Source: a virus
Length of the DNA stretch: 64,000 bases
Strand: one strand, 5' to 3'
Virus record (IMG/VR): IMGVR_UViG_3300031823_000001
Coordinates: 64,001-128,000 of that record
Every line of letters starts with the position of its first letter. Positions within the stretch are counted from its first letter, which is position 1. Under the pieces are notes generated by a model. The model saw only the letters and a program-made list of their open reading frames with translations. It did not search any database and had not been told where the DNA came from. Shown one piece after another: positions 1 to 7,819 of the stretch. Position numbers and translations under genes: made by a program.

Positions 1-21
1 TACCCTCCGCCGGGTGCACTG

Positions 22-95
22 TGGGCGAAAGAGGAATTGAACCTCTGACCTCCCGGTTATCAGCCGGACGCTCTAACCAACTGAGCTACCCGCCC
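22..95 (-). tRNA. tRNA-Ile(GAT)
   Basis: Cloverleaf on minus strand; anticodon loop CTGATAA; T loop TTCAATT. Confidence 0.9.
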
Positions 96-106
96 ATTTA
101 CCTGCG

Positions 107-192
107 CAGAGGATTGAGGTGCCGACCCCCACGGCCCTTCCGGACCGCCGCCGGTTTTCGAGACCGGATGCGCCGCCGGGCGCGAACCCTCC
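107..192 (-). tRNA. tRNA-Ser(CGA), atypical
   Basis: Anticodon arm CCGGT-CTCGAAA-ACCGG, long variable arm; T loop GTCGGCA and D arm non-canonical. Confidence 0.65.
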
Positions 193-277
193 ACTATCTG
201 CGGTCGCCCCTGGGAACGCTTTGCGGCCGGAGCCTTGCACGGGTCGCAGCACCCGTAGCGGGGAGTCGAACCCCACG

Positions 278-362
278 CGGAGAGAGCGAGATTTGAACTC
301 GCGAGGCGTTGCCACCAACACGCTTTCCAGGCGTGCGCCCTAGGCCACTAGGCGACCTCTCC
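278..362 (-). tRNA. tRNA-Ser(GGA)
   Basis: Loop CTGGAAA, long variable arm, G73. Confidence 0.9.
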
Positions 363-524
363 ATGCACGGCCGGATGACCTCCCGGGTTTCCCCTCGGGG
401 GCTCGCTCCCGCCTGCCGCTGCCTTGCCGCGCGTCAGCAGCAGCGCAGTCACGAGCTGGAAGGTCATCCAAGTGCCGGTCCCGGCTTCCGGTGTACCCAG
501 GGTGGGAGCCTGCCGGGACCCGAG

Positions 525-609
525 CGGAGGGAGCGAGATTCGAACTCGCGAGGGCGGACCCAACTGCATTAGCGGTGCAGCGCCATAGGCCGGACTAGGC
601 GACCCCTCC
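525..609 (-). tRNA. tRNA-Ser(GCT)
   Basis: Loop CCGCTAA (C33), long variable arm. Confidence 0.85.
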
Positions 610-710
610 ATGTGCGCTGCTCCCCCAGATCCAGGCTCGGGGTGGTAGCTCCCCGGCATAGTCCTGGAGCGGAGCCGGGGTCGCCAGGGTGCCGCAGCGC
701 GGGCACCCTG

Positions 711-797
711 TGGTGGGCGAAGAGGGACTTGAACCCTCACATCCTTGCGGGATACACGGGCCTGAACCGTGCGCGTCTGCCGTTCCGCCACACGCCC
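711..797 (-). tRNA. tRNA-Leu(CAG)
   Basis: Loop TTCAGGC, long variable arm, CCA encoded. Confidence 0.92.
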
Positions 798-915
798 ATG
801 GAGTGCTCCGCCAACCCGAAGCCCTCTTAGATCTAGCGTCTCGGCAACCGTCATCTCACCAGCCCGGAGACCTCGGGGCTGGCAGCTCGTGGAGCCTGGT
901 GTGTTGGCGACGCTG

Positions 916-988
916 AGCGGATAACCGGGTTCGAACCGGCGACATCCACCTTGGGAAGGTGGCGCTCTGCCTGCTGAGCTACATCCGC
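916..988 (-). tRNA. tRNA-Gly(CCC)
   Basis: Loop TTCCCAA, GCGGATG acceptor, U73. Confidence 0.92.
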
Positions 989-1084
989 ATGACCTGGGGT
1001 CCCCTTCAGGCCGCGTCCGGCCTCGGAGGGCGCTCTGTACCATGGCTCGGGCTTTGGGCCAGCAGAGGCGTGGTACCCCAGTTG

Positions 1085-1156
1085 AGCGGATAACGGGGAT
1101 CGAACCCGCGACCTACACCTTGGCAAGGTGTCGCGCTACCACTGCGCCACATCCGC
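1085..1156 (-). tRNA. tRNA-Gly(GCC)
   Basis: Loop TTGCCAA, U73. Confidence 0.92.
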
Positions 1157-1168
1157 ATGCTTACTGCG

Positions 1169-1241
1169 AGCCCGGAGCCGGATTCGAACCGGCGACCTGC
1201 TCCCTACCATGGAGCCGCTCTGCCGCTGGAGCTATCCGGGC
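1169..1241 (-). tRNA. tRNA-Thr(GGT)
   Basis: Loop ATGGTAG. Confidence 0.88.
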
Positions 1242-1252
1242 ATGTTCTTGCG

Positions 1253-1327
1253 CTGGGCGGCAGGGACTCGAACCCCGAACCTCCGGGACCAAAGCCCGGC
1301 GCTCTGCCAAAGTTGAGCTAACGCCCA
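1253..1327 (-). tRNA. tRNA-Gln(TTG)
   Basis: Loop CTTTGGT, U1-A72, G73. Confidence 0.88.
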
Positions 1328-1332
1328 CTGTG

Positions 1333-1405
1333 AGCCGCCTAACGGATTCGAACCGATGACCCTCCGCTTACAAGGCGACTGCTCTTCCTGCTGAGCTAAG
1401 GCGGC
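1333..1405 (-). tRNA. tRNA-Thr(TGT)
   Basis: Loop CTTGTAA. Confidence 0.9.
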
Positions 1406-1523
1406 GTAGTCCGGGGTACCCTCCCGGTCCAGGACAACCAAGTACCACAGGCACGATGTTCCACAAGCCTGCCGTCCCCGCTCTGCCGGGCTCATATACG
1501 TTTCGCCCGGTTTATCCTGCCCG

Positions 1524-1610
1524 TGTCCGAGGAGGGAATCGAACCCTCACGCCCGTGGGTATGGGCACTAGCACCTCAAGCTAGCGCGGCTGCCGTTACG
1601 CCACCCGGAC
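1524..1610 (-). tRNA. tRNA-Leu(GAG)
   Basis: Loop TTGAGGT, long variable arm. Confidence 0.9.
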
Positions 1611-1866
1611 ATAAGTCAGACCTACACCCGGGCCGTACTGCCCGGCATCCTTCTCCCGCTTGTCCAGGCTCGGCCTGGCGAGTTCGGGCAACCTAACGCG
1701 GCCCCGAGGGGTCTCCCCTGCCTCGGTCTGACGATCATGGTGACGGCCTCAGCCCTAGCCGCCACGGGAGCCCCGCCTGTACCTCGCTCCTTCTAACTGC
1801 CGGACGTTTCCACCCTCCGCTACCCGGACGTATCTGCAAGGCCGAAGCCCTCGGTGGGACACTACG

Positions 1867-1939
1867 AGCCCCGGAACGGAATCGAACCGTTGACCTCACC
1901 ATTACGAGTGGCGTGCTCTGCCATCTGAGCTACAGGGGC
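1867..1939 (-). tRNA. tRNA-Thr(CGT)
   Basis: Loop CTCGTAA. Confidence 0.9.
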
Positions 1940-2016
1940 TGGATGCCGCGCTCGATCCGTCTAAGCTACCGGCCCACGGGCGGACCGGACGGGACTCGAA
2001 CCCGCCTCTACGGCTG
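1940..2016 (-). ncRNA. Circularly permuted tRNA-like element
   Basis: Order on minus strand: GCCGT-AGAG-T arm(GCGGG TTCGAGT CCCGT)-CCGGTCC-G-CCCGT-GGGCCGG-TA-D arm(GCTT..GAGC)-GCGGC; all four stems pair. Confidence 0.75.
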
Positions 2017-2092
2017 CTGGGGTACCAGGTCTCGAACCTGGAACCTCGGGCACCAGACGCCCGCGCTCTGCCATTGATTGAGCTATACCCCA
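2017..2092 (-). tRNA. tRNA-Gln(CTG)
   Basis: Loop GTCTGGT, U1-A72, G73. Confidence 0.88.
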
Positions 2093-2119
2093 ATGCGGCG
2101 TTTACCGTCTGCCGTGGAC

Positions 2120-2203
2120 TGGTGGGCAAGGAGGGGGTCGAACCCTCATGTCGAAGACACCGGGACTTGAGGCCGGCGCGTCTGCCTGTTCCGCCACTCG
2201 CCC
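2120..2203 (-). tRNA. tRNA-Leu(CAA)
   Basis: Loop CTCAAGT, long variable arm, CCA encoded. Confidence 0.9.
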
Positions 2204-2395
2204 AGAGATTGCGGGGCCTGGCCGCCTTCCCCTTGCCAGCTCAGCGGCCAGGCCCGTGTGGACGGGGACCTGCCGCGAGTCCTGCCTGAGGCCTGAGCAC
2301 CGTCGCCCCACGGCCTGGAACCCTGCCGCACGGGTCTCCTCGCGGGTGGCCCGCGCCGCCCATCAGGAAGATACAGCATTTCAAGCCAGCTCGCG

Positions 2396-2468
2396 TGCGC
2401 CGTGAGGGACTCGAACCCCCGGCCCGCTGATTAAGAGTCAGCAACTCTACCGACTGAGTTAACGGCGC
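2396..2468 (-). tRNA. tRNA-Lys(CTT)
   Basis: Loop CTCTTAA. Confidence 0.92.
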
Positions 2469-2469
2469 C

Positions 2470-2543
2470 TGGAGCGGATGACGGGAGTCGAACCCGCGTG
2501 ACCAGCTTGGAAGGCTGGGGCTCTGCCACTGAGCTACGTCCGC
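2470..2543 (-). tRNA. tRNA-Gly(TCC)
   Basis: Loop CTTCCAA, CCA encoded. Confidence 0.92.
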
Positions 2544-2678
2544 ATGTGCCAATTCCACGGCAGTCCTTCATGACGGAACTGCCTCCCTTAACGCAGGGGT
2601 CACAGGCAACCTTCGCGCCCGGGAGCACTTCACCCCGGGCTGCCGCGATGATCCTGAGTGCACCAGGTCGCTGCATCG

Positions 2679-2735
2679 CACGGTCCCGGGGTTCGAACCC
2701 GGCTCGGCCCGTAGGCCTGGCGTCCCGCCGACCGC
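2679..2735 (-). ncRNA. Miniature tRNA-like element
   Basis: GCGGTC/GACCGT acceptor, tiny D hairpin, GGCC-TACG-GGCC in place of anticodon arm, intact T arm CCGGG TTCGAAC CCCGG. Confidence 0.5.
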
Positions 2736-2792
2736 TTTTCCGCCCGGGGCGCTTACCGGGCGGTCCAGGTGACGTCCGTACGCCTGTCACCG

Positions 2793-2866
2793 TGGTCACA
2801 GGGGCGATCGAATCCCCGGCCTGTCCCTTTTCAGGGGACCGCTCGTACCGTCTGAGCTATGTGACC
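2793..2866 (-). tRNA. tRNA-Phe(GAA)
   Basis: Loop CTGAAAA; slightly irregular T stem. Confidence 0.85.
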
Positions 2867-2872
2867 TTGAGT

Positions 2873-2980
2873 AGCGCCCCGGGGGTCGAGCCCGGCCCTG
2901 GGCGAGTGACCACCGCAGGTGCCCGGTTACCCCGGGCCTGCGGCGTCCGCCCGCCCTGTGCGTGCCACCACACCAAGCGC
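2873..2980 (-). ncRNA. tRNA-like element with greatly extended anticodon arm
   Basis: Short acceptor GCGCT/GGCGC, D arm GTGT-GGTGGCAC-GCAC, ~57-nt hairpin, T arm CCGGG CTCGACC CCCGG. Confidence 0.5.
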
Positions 2981-3031
2981 GGTACGCGGGTTGCGGTCCC
3001 GCGCTCCGGTGACCCCTGGCCTGGGGTCCCG

Positions 3032-3106
<75 letters not shown>

Positions 3107-3216
3107 TTGAAAGGCAGTGCACCCGGGAAAGCTGCGGGGTACCCCGCGAACCCGGGACATGCGTCCATGCTTCGGCCGACCACCTGGTTCGTCCAGATTC
3201 CTGCCTCGGCACTGCC

Positions 3217-3291
3217 TGGTCGGGATAGCAGGGGTCGAACCTGCCGCCCCCCGGCCCCCAGCCGGGTGCGCTACCGCTGCGCCATATCCCG
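3217..3291 (-). tRNA. tRNA-Pro(GGG)
   Basis: Loop CTGGGGG, CCA encoded. Confidence 0.9.
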
Positions 3292-3574
3292 AAGCGAATC
3301 CCTGGCAGGGCGTGGCCCTTCACTACCGCCGCACTTACGCCGGGGATTCTGTTTGCTCGGTGCCAGGCCCTAGCGTCGCGATCACTTCCTGGTCACCTGC
3401 ACGGTACTGCCGGACGGCTCTCGCCTCCCCGTGCTGTGGATGCGCCTGCCCTTTTATGAGTCCCCGGCAGGTACAGGGAGGTTAACGCCGCCCACCCGGC
3501 CGCCGCATGGCAACCAGGACTACTCCCCCTTGCGCGAGAGGGCTTCGGGGGCTGCGCAAGCCCCAGGCGACTCG

Positions 3575-3645
3575 TCGGGACAGCCGGGAACGAGCCGGCA
3601 CCTTCCTGCTTCCAGAGCAGGGGCTCTGCATTGAGCTACATCCCG
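3575..3645 (-). tRNA. tRNA-Pro(TGG), degenerate
   Basis: Loop TCTGGAA (C33), T loop CTCGTTC, short D loop. Confidence 0.6.
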
Positions 3646-3750
3646 TCACCCGCGTCCGGAAGCCGTTATCCGGTTATGCATTCGGGCTCGCGGCGCCCGC
3701 CCGGCATCCTCCAGCGCTGAGCCTAGGATTCGCGCTGGCAATCACCAAGG

Positions 3751-3824
3751 TGGAGAAGAGGGGACTCGAACCCCTGACAACCCGGTTGCGGGCCGGGTGC
3801 TCTGCCAGACTGAGCTACATCCCC
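3751..3824 (-). tRNA. tRNA-Ala(CGC)
   Basis: G3:U70, A73, loop CCCGCAA (C33). Confidence 0.85.
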
Positions 3825-4074
3825 AGGTACGCCGACGCGACTGTCTCCCGACGTGGTGCGACGCCGCTGACGTTTGGCTAAGGCAGTCAGCTAGCCCGGT
3901 ATAAGCCGGAAGCAGGCAGAGACCCCGCTGACAGGCGGAGGCGGCACCGTCGCGCCGCCCTGGTCTCCCGAAGAAGTCAAGCGCCCGGATCGCTCTCGGA
4001 CCTGCCTACGGACCTCGCTTGGCTAAAGAACATCTTCGTTGCCTTCCAACTAGTATCGGCTTCCGGCCGATCAC

Positions 4075-4166
4075 GGCAGTGCTCTCGCGTTTGGTTACGG
4101 TTCGCCGCACCCGCTGTTGAGCTATGCCCCCTCAGGGGCACCCGGTCTGGGGCCGGGATCGCTGCC
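4075..4166 (-). ncRNA. Circularly permuted tRNA-like element with expanded D loop
   Basis: GGCAG-CGAT-CCCGG(CCCCAGA)CCGGG-TGCCCC(TGAG)GGGGCA-TA-GCTC..34 nt..GAGC-A-CTGCC. Confidence 0.65.
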
Positions 4167-4169
4167 TCG

Positions 4170-4242
4170 TGGAGCCTATCGGATTCGAACCGATGACCTT
4201 CTCCATGCCATGGAGACGCGCTACCAACTGCGCTAAGGCCCC
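4170..4242 (-). tRNA. tRNA-Ala(GGC)
   Basis: G3:U70, loop ATGGCAT. Confidence 0.92.
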
Positions 4243-4726
4243 ATTGGAGCCGCCCCCACGGTCGCCGGGTAGCCACGAGGGCAGCCGGGCGCGAGGGCGG
4301 ACTCACTGATCCCTAAGATCCTGACGGCCGAGGCCCGGCGCATCCCGCTGGTGTGAACAGCGGGCCGCCTTATCCTCGAAGTGGATACCGCAGCGAGCAT
4401 CGGGATTCTAGCTGGCGAGGTGCCCGGTACAGGACCGTCTTGCGACAGCCCCAGCCTTTAACGGCTGCTGCTCCCCGGGAGTAGCTGCATTGTCTTTCAC
4501 CACGCCGAAATCTGAGCGACCGAGGAGTACCCGCCGGTTTGTTTCATGACTCCACCAGACGGTAAGTGTCCGTAGGTCTCCTAGCCCGGACGGGTCCCCG
4601 GTCGCTGGCGGCAGGTTGGCACCCTGCCGCATTCGTGTTCCGCTGTTGAGATGTCAAATATCGAGCCGGTTACCGTCCTCGGGGCTCTCGCCCGTCGGCC
4701 GGTGGCTGTAGGACCTTGCGGTCCAG

Positions 4727-4798
4727 CAGGGACGGAGGGGCTCGAACCCCCGGCACGCGGCTTTGGAGACCGCTGCTCTACCACTGAGCTACATCCCT
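4727..4798 (-). tRNA. tRNA-Trp(CCA)
   Basis: Loop CTCCAAA, G73. Confidence 0.93.
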
Positions 4799-5091
4799 AT
4801 GCGCTGTTCAGTTGTACCCCGGAAACGGGAGGAGCCGCCTGCGGTTTTCTCCGCTGGCGGCTCCTGGGTGGTCCGGTTTCCCGTTACCCAGGGAGCCCCC
4901 TGCCGCTGCACGGCCTGTCTTCGGGCTGGACGGCCTTCAGGGCATGCCCTGAGAGCCAGCCCTGAGACTGGTAGCCGCGTGCGGTGGAGAAGGTCATCCC
5001 TGTCCGTTTCATGTGGTCTGCTTGCCGCCGGCCCGCTTGAACGATCCCCTCGCGGGGTCCTCCAGAGGCGGTCTCCGGCGGTTATGGGTCA

Positions 5092-5121
5092 ACCATAGCA
5101 GCCTCTCCCGGCAAGACGCAA
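5092..5121 (-). promoter_or_regulatory. Candidate housekeeping-sigma promoter of the tRNA array
   Basis: TTGCGT-N18-TATGGT on minus strand upstream of first tRNA. Confidence 0.5.
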
Positions 5122-5141
5122 CGCTATTACAGGTTTTCTTG

Positions 5142-5369
5142 CTAACTCTGCCGGGGGTCCGGGTTCTCTTCCGCCAGCAGGCGCTTCACCTCGGACTCGC
5201 GGAACCTGCGGTGCCCGCCCGGGGTGCGGACCGACCTGATCCTCGGCGGCTTCGCCGCTGCCCAGCGGGTCACCGTCTTGGGATCGACCCGGAAGAGGGC
5301 AGCCACCTCGCCGGGGGTGAGCAGCGGGTCGTCTTGGCCGTCTTTGGGCACGCGAGCAGGAACAGTCAT
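5142..5369 (-). CDS. bldC: BldC-like MerR-family HTH regulator
   Basis: LLTPGEVAALFRVDPKTVTRWA..RTPGGHRRFRESEV closely matches Streptomyces BldC; SD AAGGAG. Confidence 0.88.
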   Translation of the reverse strand: MTVPARVPKDGQDDPLLTPGEVAALFRVDPKTVTRWAAAKPPRIRSVRTPGGHRRFRESEVKRLLAEENPDPRQS

Positions 5370-5504
5370 GTCAGCTCCTTATGGGGACGTACGATGCTTC
5401 CCTGGCAAGATTGCCCTAAAGAGGCAGGCCAGGACTCAAGTCACATTAGCCGAGGCTGTTTTGTGACCACCGCACACCTGTGCCGCCCGCCGCCGTGCAG
5501 TATC

Positions 5505-5878
5505 CGTGCAATCTTCGTGCGGTCCGCGTGCAATCTTCGTGCGCATATGTGCAGAACGCGATTTCGGTAAAAGCTCCCCAGCAGTGACGTGTGCACATGT
5601 GCAATCTTGAAGCGTCTTATCCGCCAGAAAAATCAGGCCGAGGACGAAGGTGACTAATGCGGCTAAATTCGCAAATCGGTCACCGCGTGGGAATCAGCCC
5701 GCGTAGCTACCATTAGTTACTTGTGGTATACCAACTGTCGGCTCGCATGCGCGAGACGAGGCTTTGGGCACTTTCAGATTGCACATGTGCACATATCCCA
5801 GGTCAGAGTGTTTAACAGAAGACACGTTCTGCACAAAATGTGCACACCGGATTGCACAGGCCCCGCGAAGATTGCACG
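5505..5878. repeat. Inverted pair of ~105-bp TGCA-rich units (candidate iterons)
   Basis: Units 5505-5608(+) and 5777-5878(-): GTGCAATC x2, TGTGCAGAAC, TGTGCACATGTGCAATCT. Confidence 0.8.
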
Positions 5879-5909
5879 GCACCGGGCCGGCCGCGTAGGG
5901 AGGAACCTC

Positions 5910-6026
5910 AACACAACACCAAATACAACTATGTACTAATACTTTTTAGAAAATAAGAAGTAGTTATATACATGGTTTAGTTAGTTAGTAGTTGTTACGT
6001 CGAATACTATTTCCTAAGCTAGTTAC
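5910..6026. other. AT-rich tract, candidate DNA unwinding element
   Basis: Strongly AT-rich with TAGT repeats in an otherwise very GC-rich window. Confidence 0.55.
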
Positions 6027-6086
6027 CCGCCGGTAGCATACGGTACCGTAACCTCGCGTCCCCCTCTGGGTAGCCCTGGAAGGCTC

Positions 6087-6788
6087 ATGGCCGCCCTGAC
6101 CGAGACGCAGGAGATGATCATCTCCCCCAGCCCGGACCGGCTGATCATGCTCGTCCCCGGGCTGTCGGGGAGCCGCGCCCGGAACCTGGCCAACGCGGCA
6201 CTCCGGGAAGCGCGCCGGGTCATGCCGAAGCTGTCCGGGCAGGCGGCCAGCCGGATGTTCCCGCTGTACGGCTCGGGCTACTTCGGCATCGGCTGGCAGG
6301 ACTCCTACGTCTGGTTCCAGGAACAGGGGATCCGGCCGTTCACCATGTTCTCCCTGGCGGGCAAGACAATCCCCATGTGGATCGACGACCCGACGGGCAC
6401 CGAGCGGGAGAAGAACCCGAAGGCCCGGACCCGGGTCACCCTGTCCGGCAAGACCCAGGTGCTGATCTTCCGCAAGGCGGCCATGCCCGGCCAGATGAAA
6501 ACGGTCCGCAAGAAGGTCGCCGGAGGGACCTATGAGGAGAAGAGCGTCCCGCTGTCCTACCCTGGGGCGCCGGGCCGGATCGGCAAGCGCGAGGCTCCTG
6601 CCCCGTGGACCACCCCCGGACGGGTGGCTGGCGCTGTCGCCCGTGGCAACGTCGGGACCCGGTGGCGTCATCCGGGACTGGCGCCGCGCAAGTTCCTGAA
6701 CCACGCGGTGAGCCTCGCCGCGCAGCAGGGCGGCATCAACCCGGAGCGGATCTACGCCGCCGACCGTACCTGGAGAGCCCGGTTCTAG
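6087..6788 (+). CDS. Putative virion morphogenesis / neck protein
   Basis: High-GC3 ORF two genes upstream of sheath; function from position only. Confidence 0.55.
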   Translation: MAALTETQEMIISPSPDRLIMLVPGLSGSRARNLANAALREARRVMPKLSGQAASRMFPLYGSGYFGIGWQDSYVWFQEQGIRPFTMFSLAGKTIPMWIDDPTGTEREKNPKARTRVTLSGKTQVLIFRKAAMPGQMKTVRKKVAGGTYEEKSVPLSYPGAPGRIGKREAPAPWTTPGRVAGAVARGNVGTRWRHPGLAPRKFLNHAVSLAAQQGGINPERIYAADRTWRARF

Positions 6789-6867
6789 GGGAATCGGCCG
6801 CCTCCCTTAACTCCCGAGAGCCAGGGTGTCTTCTCCTGTTGCAAGCACGCAGCAGACGGAGGATGAC

Positions 6868-7092
6868 ATGTTCAAGGCAGAAAGAGACGACGAGTTCAGC
6901 GGCCACGCGGTGGTCTGCGAGCTGTCGGACGACTACAACAGGGACGGAACTGTCGTCGGTTACACGGTGGGGGAAGAGGCACTGGACGATGCGGCCGAGG
7001 TTGCCCGGTACATGAGCGGGACCGGCCGTCAGCCGCCTCAGGAGATGCGAGAGACCCTGAATTACACCGTGGCAGCCGGAGAGGAGTTCTAG
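6868..7092 (+). CDS. Hypothetical acidic protein
   Basis: SD GGAGG before ATG 6868 (alt GTG 6826). Confidence 0.55.
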   Translation: MFKAERDDEFSGHAVVCELSDDYNRDGTVVGYTVGEEALDDAAEVARYMSGTGRQPPQEMRETLNYTVAAGEEF

Positions 7093-7112
7093 GCAGCCGC
7101 CCCGGAAGGTTC

Positions 7113-7760
7113 ATGACGGGCTACCTCCGGACGATCAAGACGACCGCCGTGAACGCGGTCCAGCAGTCGTTCACGTCCCGGTACCCGGAGCCCGACTCGG
7201 CCGGCGGCACCTCGGAGCAGCCGTTCGTGTCGATCGAGTACCCAGTGGAGGAGGCGCAGTACCCGGCCGTCTGGGTGGACTTCGAGACCAGCGAGCTGCG
7301 CACCGTCGGCATCGCCTACACCCAGACCGACCCGCAGAACAACGCCTACGCCCGCTGGCGGTTCACCGGGCACGCCGTGTTCACCATCGTCGCGATGACG
7401 TCCAACGAGTGCGACATGATCTTCGACCAGATGGTGTCGATGACCGCGTTCGCGGCCCAGTCCGAGTTCCCGTCGGTGTTCCGGCAGACGGTGGAGGCCG
7501 CTCCCCTGGTGGCCAGCGTGTGGTCGTTCGACACCGTGGAGGCCCGCGCGAACGCCGCCGCGCCGGGCACTCCGTGGGGCACGATGGAGGTCATCTACGA
7601 GCGCGGCTTCGCGCTCCAGGTCATCGGCGAGTTCGTCACCGACCCGTACTCGCAGGCGCTGGTCGAGCTGAGCGCGATCGACGTGGTGATGACCGAGGCG
7701 GGCTTCCCGGACTCGACGATCATCCAGATCCCTTCAGGCCAGGTCACCAACACAGGATGA
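7113..7760 (+). CDS. Putative tail terminator/completion protein
   Basis: Directly before sheath; VSIEYP..YPAVWVDF motif typical of these myophage proteins. Confidence 0.6.
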   Translation: MTGYLRTIKTTAVNAVQQSFTSRYPEPDSAGGTSEQPFVSIEYPVEEAQYPAVWVDFETSELRTVGIAYTQTDPQNNAYARWRFTGHAVFTIVAMTSNECDMIFDQMVSMTAFAAQSEFPSVFRQTVEAAPLVASVWSFDTVEARANAAAPGTPWGTMEVIYERGFALQVIGEFVTDPYSQALVELSAIDVVMTEAGFPDSTIIQIPSGQVTNTG

Positions 7761-7819
7761 TCAGGTCCCTGCTGCCCCGGAAGGAGTGACCACCAGGGCT
7801 GCAAGCGGGAAAGGGACAT

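Noticed and set aside
3300-3910. RNase P-like (ACAGAATCCCCGGCGTA, CCGGCTTATA) and c-di-AMP riboswitch-like (GTCAGCTAGCCCGGTA) fragments
   Set aside because: Remaining conserved elements not found; unsupported without a covariance search
4245-4725. tmRNA
   Set aside because: No tRNA-Ala-like termini with T loop or tag ORF recognisable
5480-5900. CRISPR array
   Set aside because: Repeats are inverted and irregular, no repeat-spacer periodicity; Cas4-like gene is in a recombination cluster
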